A stretch of 64,000 nt of DNA, from NCBI GenBank assembly GCA_964187785.1, contig OZ076409.1, forward strand, positions 83,950,001 to 84,014,000. Reading direction: 5' to 3'. A program made the position numbers and the translations under genes. This document shows, in pieces, positions 56,771 through 64,000 of this stretch (the stretch's first letter is position 1; each line of letters starts with the position of its first letter). Under the pieces are notes generated by a model. It was not told where the DNA came from. It worked only from the letters and a program-made list of their open reading frames with translations, and made no database searches. This DNA comes from Amphiscolops sp. MND2022. Taxonomy: Eukaryota.

Positions 56771-57708
56771 ACAAGACGCCCGCTGACCAGCGGGATATTT
56801 TCCGCCCCAAATCTCTTCGAAAAAGACTACTGGACAACAAATTTGTTCCTTGTTGACTCTTTTCAACATTCCAATCTACGAAGTCTGTCGAAAATTTGAC
56901 AAAAATTGCATAAAAAACTTTTGGAAAATTTTGGGTTTTTTGTCATTTCCGGTTTCAATTTGATATATTTTTCATTTAGAAAACAGTCATTATCTCTTCG
57001 GAAAAGCATACTGGACAACGAATTCCTGCCATTCCTGTCACGTTAAGCGTTTTCAACATTCTAATCCTCGAAGTCTATCGAAAATTTGACAAAAATTGCA
57101 TAAAAACGTTAAAAATCGAAAAATTTTGGAATTTTTTTTATCATTTTTGGGGTAATTTTTTTTTGAAAAAACGCATTTATCTCCTTAAAGAATACTATTG
57201 GACAACGAGTTTGTGCCTTGTTGAACGTTTTCAACATTCTAATCCACGATGTTTATCGAAAAAATGACAAAAATTGCATTAAAACGTTAAAAGTCGAAAA
57301 ATTTTAGAATTTTTGTCATTTTTTTGGTAATTTTTCTTTTAAAAAACCGCATTTATCTCTTCAAAATACTATTGGACAACGAATTCGTGCCTTGTTGAAC
57401 GTTTTCAACATTCTAATCGACGATGTTTATCGAAAAAATGGCGAAAAATGCATGAAAACGGTGAAAATTGGGAAAGTTTTGAATTTTTGTCATTTTCGGG
57501 GTCATTATGGGGTCATTTCCGTCATTCCCAAAAAAGTCCAAAAATCTTTACAAATACATATCGCATGGAACTAAATTTATGTCAGTTGAATTCTGTGAAT
57601 GTACTTCTTCATATTACGTAAACAATAATAATTCTTGGCAAATTTTGTAAAAAAAACCCGTTTGATTTAAATATTTTCCTTTCCCATATGAAATATGGGC
57701 GGAAAATA
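56771..57708 (-). mobile_element. HINE-like element, family A copy
   Basis: Inverted homolog of 10355-12172, absent from the paralogous site at about 41905; inserted at AA/TT without a TSD. Confidence 0.8.
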
Positions 57709-58429
57709 ATGAGAATCATTGTCAATGCAAAGGCAACGCTTTCACCTCATAGTATGGACGCTTTTCGATTACGTAATATTTGCGCCTCGCTAACTTTTAA
57801 TTATCGCACCAGTCGCTCGCTATCACAAATATCCCAAAAGTTTCAAGAGAAAATTGCTATCCAAGACAAGATAATTGATATCTGGAAAGGTTTTTTAAAT
57901 TCAGAATAACAACAAAATTATTGAAATTTTCAAACTCTTTTTGAGAATTAACGACGAACAAAACACGTATGCAGTACAGCTTCAGAAAAGAAAGTTGAAT
58001 TTTGTATCACAAAAGTCCCTAAAAAGCCCACAAAGGCCAACTTTTCTCATTTTAAAAAGTGTAAGCCATTTTCCGTACATTTTTTAATTTTTAGGGTGGG
58101 AATGAATAATCACAGCGTTCCCAGACACAAAATAATAGCTTTTTTAGCATAATGAAAAAATTAACAATTTTTTTTAAAAAATGGAAAATGCCTAATATGA
58201 GCCGAAAAATATCCGTGCTTTGTTTTCGAATTTTTTTGGGGTATGAATATCCATGGAGTTTAATAACAAAAAGTTTGGCTACTAGACATACTTTATGTGG
58301 GAAAACATTTTATAAAGCAACGCGTGAATAGAAGTGTTGCTGCTAATTTAGCTATGGGCGGAAATATCGCTGCGCTCAACGGGTGTCTTGTCATTTCATT
58401 GATACGTGGTTATATTTTTCTGTGAACTT

Positions 58430-58662
58430 TCAATGCGATAATTGCACATTCGTTAATTCCAACTATTTCAACATTGATATTGCACAATCTTAGAATCCAT
58501 CTATTTCAACTTAGATGAATTGCACATTCTTTGAATTCTACTAATTCAATTTAGATATTGCACATTCTTTGAATTAAACTGCTTCAATTTAGATATTATA
58601 CATGCTTTGATTTAAACTATTTCAATTTAGATATTACAAATTCTTTGAATTCAATTTAGATG
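58430..58662. repeat. Degenerate ~35-40-bp minisatellite
   Basis: ATTGCACATTCTTTGAATT..CTATTTCAATTTAGAT repeated about 6 times. Confidence 0.7.
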
Positions 58663-58974
58663 TTCCAGAATAAGCAGAGTCTGAATTAAATTCGAGGAAA
58701 ATGGAGTTCAGTGTACCAAAATATCGAATAATGGCTTAGATGTAGACGGAGAAGAAGTTAGACCAGAAGTGACTGTTCTAGATGATTGAAACCTCCAAAA
58801 AGTACTTATACTCACCCGTTCACGTTTCCACATTCAACTTCACATTCCCTCTGGATGCACTTTGGGTATTTAATTCGCTCGAAAATTGGACCATAATTTT
58901 ATGGAAAAAAAGTTGCAGTGGCGAAAAACCAAAGGGGGACCCTTCAGTCTCTTCTACCTGTGTGAATAGGAAAA

Positions 58975-59240
58975 AAGCAGAGCGGGATTCGAGCCGAAAT
59001 ACACCTTTTTCAGTTACCCAGTCACCAAGCCCAGACAGACACTCACGTTAACCGCTAGACCAAGTGGCAAGTTCTTCCCAGCAGAAAATCGCACAGGACT
59101 GAAAAAACCCAAAGGGGACCTTTGGTCTTCCCTCTTTTTTGCAAACATAGGATTTTTGGTGTAGTGTGAGACTCGAACCCGAGTACACCTAGAGGAGCTC
59201 TCACTTTCAAGAGGAACTCGTTACCATCTAGGCCAAGTGG
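58975..59240 (-). mobile_element. Two tRNA-derived SINE-like heads
   Basis: A-box-like TGGTCTAGCGG / TGGCCTAGATGG and B-box-like GGCTCGAATCC / GGTTCGAGTCT on the minus strand, without cloverleaf pairing. Confidence 0.45.
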
Positions 59241-59748
59241 AAAGTATTTTCCAGTTTTACCAGCACCTAGTAGATTTTGGCCGAAAGTGCTAGTTTGAAT
59301 TATTTCTGTGAGAAATAACTACAGTAGTGTTTATGAATGGATTTTAAGAACGCTAAGTGACGCATCTCAGCCAATCATAACGTTTTTTCGCTCTAGGTCG
59401 GCACTCAATTTTTGAAGTATTCGTACTGTTCCGAAAGAAACGCTCTATATCAATTTTTTCATCAGAATGTTTAAGATTAACGGTTTTTGAGTTCACGTTC
59501 AAGGAAAATTGCGCATAAATCAACGAATTTTTGAGAATAAAAATTATAATCAATCGCAAAACGTAAGCTCAAATTTTGTAGTCCAAAATGCCTGATTCTT
59601 TCTACTCAAAATGGCATACGTTCAAAATCGAACGGTATCTCTGGCTTGAGCACAAAACTCATCGGGAGAATATTCAGTAACGCAATCGAAGTCTACATAA
59701 ATCCAATTTTGAAGAATCTCAGGGTTTAACAAGGTCCTCTTTAACTTC

Positions 59749-60009
59749 AAAACTGCTGAATTTGACGTCCAAAATTTGGAAACCTACAGGGATTCAGCAA
59801 TTCTACTGGAGGAAAGTTTGTTACATTGGAATCTTGTTTACAAATGTCATCGAAATTTCAATGATTTTTATATGGAAACTTGCCTCATAAAAAACTTAGA
59901 ATTCTCAATGACATTTGTAAACAAGATCCAAATGTAACAAACTTTTCTCTAGCAAAAGTGCTGAATCGCTGTAGGTTTCTAAATTTCAAACGTCAATTTC
60001 AGCAGTTTT
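59749..60009. mobile_element. Fold-back MITE-like element with ~110-bp imperfect inverted arms
   Basis: AAAACTGCTGAA..TTGACGT..AAACCTACAG..TTTGTTACATT..TCTTGTTTACAAATGTCAT is mirrored at 59900-60009. Confidence 0.7.
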
Positions 60010-60269
60010 ATGCAGCTAAACCCCGTTCTTTCGAAACACCATAGTTACCGAAGTCTTTTGCGATTTGATTTTTTCGTTTTCTAATTTAGTGAGAAATAGT
60101 TTTTTTGTAATTCATGGCCAAGTGCAATTCGTGCATTTTTCTTCGCGTGTTTACTTAGTGTAGTACACGTGCTAGATCATGTGAAGAATAAAATTTGAAA
60201 GGTCCTAAAAACACAGAGCGCGTAACGAAAAGATTGAATATAATATGTGGAATAGATCCGTGACTTTCC

Positions 60270-60790
60270 TGCGAAAAGGTCTTATCTCATTTTATTATGC
60301 TTATACTCAATCAGTAATTATGTATGGTTTCATCAACTATGGAGCTATCTACAAAACGAACCTTGAGCCTATCGATAAAGCACAGTGATGAATTTTTGGA
60401 ACAATTTCCTACGGACGAAAATGGGGACACTTTACAAGACGTCTACACGAAACAACCTTTTTAAATGTCTACAAAATGTTCATCGTCGAAGTGGTGAAAG
60501 AGATTTTCAAACAAGAACGATTCGAGTCACCCAGGCTATACCTTGATACAAGTTTGGCCAGTCATGACTACAATACTAGAAGAAAACAAAAAGGTCTGCT
60601 ACCTTCTACTTATAACACTAAAAGTTTCTAAAGGTTCTAAAACAGCGAAGTTTACCAGATGTATTTCGAAAAGCCTACATTTGGCTCAATTTACTCAATG
60701 TAAATCTTCCAGAACTGAAGAACGTCACTGCAGAACAAGTCAATAAAGTTGTAAGAAACATTAACGAAGTCTTTGTTACGTAATCGATAA
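60270..60790 (+). mobile_element. Decayed LINE reverse-transcriptase 3' fragment
   Basis: FYYAYTQSVIMYGFINYG resembles the LxYxxxxSxLxYGxxxWG RT tail; multiple stops. Confidence 0.45.
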
Positions 60791-60965
60791 AGAACTATTC
60801 GAACTCCCTCTAACTCCTTAAAATTCCCTAATGAGAAATGAATAACGACGGTTGTTATTCACAGGAAAATGGTTCTCATGGGCAACAGCTCAACGAGCTG
60901 GAAAGCTTTTTTGTTCTCTTCTGAAAGACGTTTGTTTTTGTTAGTAAAGCTTTCAGGGCTCTTTT

Positions 60966-63739
60966 CTGTTTTCCCCCATCGTTTTTTTAGGAAATTGGTG
61001 AAAATGCTATAACAAAAAGACTTCAATACTAACCAGAAATCTTTTTCATATTTTTTTAGGTTGACAGTGTGAAGGTGAGATAAAAGCTTTGTGCACACTA
61101 TTTTTGTCTATGAAGTCAGGCATTTTTGATGAAGAAATCAACAGTTTGCTGTTTCGAGTCAGAAAAAAGTGAATAGCAACATAATTATAGTCAAAATGTG
61201 TGAAAAATGTTTTGCTCAAACAGAAAACTATTTCAATGGAAGGTGAATTCCTGTTATGAAAGAAGGTTTCACTATTAGTTAGGCTAGCCTGAAAATTTTA
61301 TAGAAATTCACTTTCAAAAATTATGGTGGTGGGTGGAGGAAACAGAAAAGCCGCTTTCGGAATAAATAAACTATACTATTCTTTTATAATCCGCCTTTTA
61401 GACTACTTTTTCGAAGTTTTTCGTTAAAGTTGCTTGGATTGTTTTCAAACATTTTTTATACTGCAGAGATTTTTTCAAATGTGCTTGGATCTGCTTAGAG
61501 GATTTTGCAGGTTGCATGGAGATTTTACAAAATTTTTCAGTATTTTCTATGTTCATCAAAAATTTGAATGCGTACATGGATGCAACATGGAAAATTTTCC
61601 GGCAGGTTCGACTAGAGTACTGTTTTGACCATTCTATTTCACGTCTAATAACTGCTTTTTCACCTGTTAATAGTGATCCGTCCGATAAATTTTTGGCTCT
61701 TTTCTGTTTTCTTCCCCACCACCAAATTTTTTTTGAAAAATTAGTGAAAATCTAATAACAAAAAGACTTAAATACAAATCAGAAAGCTTCGAATTTACAT
61801 TTATTCTTAGTGTGACAGTTTAGGATTCGGATACAAACTTTGTTCATATTTTTTCAATATGTAGTCACGCATTTTTGATGAAGAAATCAACAGCTTCCTG
61901 TTTTGAGTAATCAGTAAAAACTTAATGCGAACATAATTATAGTCAAAACGCGTGAACAATGTTTTGTTCAAGCAAAAAAACTAATCCATTAGACGTTCCA
62001 ATAGACGTTATCTTCCCATTATGAAAGAAGGTTTTACATTTAATTAGGGTAGTCTAAAGTTTTTAAGAAAATTTACTTCCAAAAATTCTGGTGGTGGGGG
62101 GGGGGGGGGCTTGGAACAGAAAAGAGCCAAATTTTTCAGTCTTGTATTCAAGTGAAAATGTTTCTTTTAGATAAGTTCATTGTTATTCAGATGTTCTTCT
62201 TTTTTAAAAAGCGTGTAAACGTTTGGCTCTTTTCTGCCCCACCACAAAAATTTTTGAAAGTGAATTTCCTCAAAATTTTCGGATTAGCCTAAATAGAAGT
62301 AAATTCACTTTTTTCCATAACAGGAAGTTAACGTCTATTAGAACAATTTTTTCCCCCAGTTTTCCCCCCATCGTTTTTTTAGGAAATTGGTGAAAATGTT
62401 ATAACAAAAAGACTTCAATACTAACCAGAAATCTTTTTCATATTTTTTTAGGTTGACAGTGTGAAGGTGAGATAAAAGCTTTGTGCACACTATTTTTGTC
62501 TATGAAGTCAGGCATTTTTGATGAAGAAATCAACAGTTTGCTGTTTCGAGTCAGAAAAAAGTGAATAGCAACATAATTATAGTCAAAATGTGTGAAAAAT
62601 GTTTTGCTCAAACAAAAAACTATTTCAATGGAAGGTGAATTCCTGTTATGAAAGAAGGTTTCACTATTAGTTAGGCTAGCCTGAAAATTTTATAGAAATT
62701 CACTTTCAAAAATTATGGTGGTGGGTGGAGGAAACAGAAAAGCCGCTTTCGGAATAAATAAACTATACTATTCTTTTATAATCCGCCTTTTAGACTACTT
62801 TTTCGAAGTTTTTCGTTAAAGTTGCTTGGATTGTTTTCAAACATTTTTTATACTGCAGAGATTTTTTCAAATGTGCTTGGATCTGCTTAGAGGATTTTGC
62901 AGGTTGCATGGAGATTTTACAAAATTTTTCAGTATTTTCTATGTTCATCAAAAATTTGAATGCGTACATGGATGCAACATGGAAAATTTTCCGGCAGGTT
63001 CGACTAGAGTACTGTTTTGACCATTCTATTTCACGTCTAATAACTGCTTTTTCACCTGTTAATAGTGATCCGTCCGATAAATTTTTGGCTCTTTTCTGTT
63101 TTCTTCCCCACCACCAAATTTTTTTTGAAAAATTAGTGAAAATCTAATAACAAAAAGACTTAAATACAAATCAGAAAGCTTCGAATTTACATTTATTCTT
63201 AGTGTGACAGTTTAGGATTCGGATACAAACTTTGTTCATATTTTTTCAATATGTAGTCACGCATTTTTGATGAAGAAATCAACAGCTTCCTGTTTTGAGT
63301 AATCAGTAAAAACTTAATGCGAACATAATTATAGTCAAAACGCGTGAACAATGTTTTGTTCAAGCAAAAAAACTAATCCATTAGACGTTCCAATAGACGT
63401 TATCTTCCCATTATGAAAGAAGGTTTTACATTTAATTAGGGTAGTCTAAAGTTTTTAAGAAAATTTACTTCCAAAAATTCTGGTGGTGGGGGGGGGGGCT
63501 TGGAACAGAAAAGAGCCAAATTTTTTAGTCTTGTATTCAAGTGAAAATGTTTCTTTTAGATAAGTTCATTGTTATTCAGATGTTCTTCTTTTTTAAAAAG
63601 CGTGTAAACGTTTGGCTTTTCTGCCCCACCACAAAAATTTTTGAAAGTGAATTTCCTCAAAATTTTCGGATTAACCTAAATAGAAGTAAATTCACTTTTT
63701 TCCATAACAGGAAGTTAACGTCTATTAGAACAATTTTTT
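60966..63739. repeat. Near-identical 1392-bp tandem duplication
   Basis: Identical ORFs at 61434/62826 and 61516/62908 (offset 1392); few substitutions and homopolymer differences. Confidence 0.92.
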
Positions 63740-64000
63740 GTTTGAACAAAATATTTTTCACGCATTTTGACTTTTGTGGCTCAAAACAGGAAGCTGTTGA
63801 CCTTCTCATTAAGATTGCGTGAATTCACAAGGAAAAAGAGTGTGAACAAAGTTTGGCTCTTTTCTGTTCCCCCCCCACCACCAAAATTTTTGGCAGAAAG
63901 CCAAACGTTTCTGCAAATATGCTCATTTCAAATCTCATTGTGTTGGAGATTATTATTTGGACTCACCTCAACATATTTTCGGTGAGACTGATTGATCGCA

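Larger units (their letters stand above)
53926..57824. repeat. ~2.9-kb direct repeat, copy 2 (interrupted by a HINE insertion)
   Basis: Matches 39087-42021 apart from the 56771-57708 insertion and smaller indels. Confidence 0.9.

Noticed and set aside
39087..57824. LTR pair of a single Gypsy retrotransposon
   Set aside because: No clear TG...CA ends, PBS or TSD were found, and no pol lies between the repeats. The ORF leading into gag starts inside the repeat, and copy 1 is cut within it.
61434..63147. Duplicated short ORFs as genes
   Set aside because: They are by-products of the 1392-bp tandem duplication and show no coding signal.

Overview
This is AT-rich eukaryotic (animal-like) genomic DNA with GT-AG introns; the host species cannot be determined from the window. 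Host genes are the 3' end of RFT1, a four-exon cytosolic sulfotransferase and an F-box/LRR-like gene with at least three exons. The main feature is an apparently intact 17.8-kb Polinton/Maverick (adintovirus-like) element at 15801-33592. It has AGTAGT...ACTACT ends, short TIRs of about 70 bp and a perfect 6-bp TSD (GTTTTC), and it sits in an intron of the F-box gene. It carries the core set: pPolB, rve integrase, packaging ATPase, major and minor capsid, core protein and adenain protease. It also carries unusual subterminal cargo: a tRNA-like Pol III unit abutting the left TIR, an EGFR-ligand-type EGF gene, an array of about 21 x 83-bp repeats, and an intron-containing, divergent ribosomal protein uS5/RPS2 homolog next to the right TIR. 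The right third is a decayed mobile-element field. It contains two ~2.9-kb direct repeats with JmjC pseudogenes, bracketing SET-domain, tyrosine-recombinase, FLYWCH and gag-like remnants. Helentron-type non-autonomous elements, MITEs, LINE relics and a 1.39-kb tandem duplication are also present. All protein assignments are by motif recognition by eye; no database search was run.
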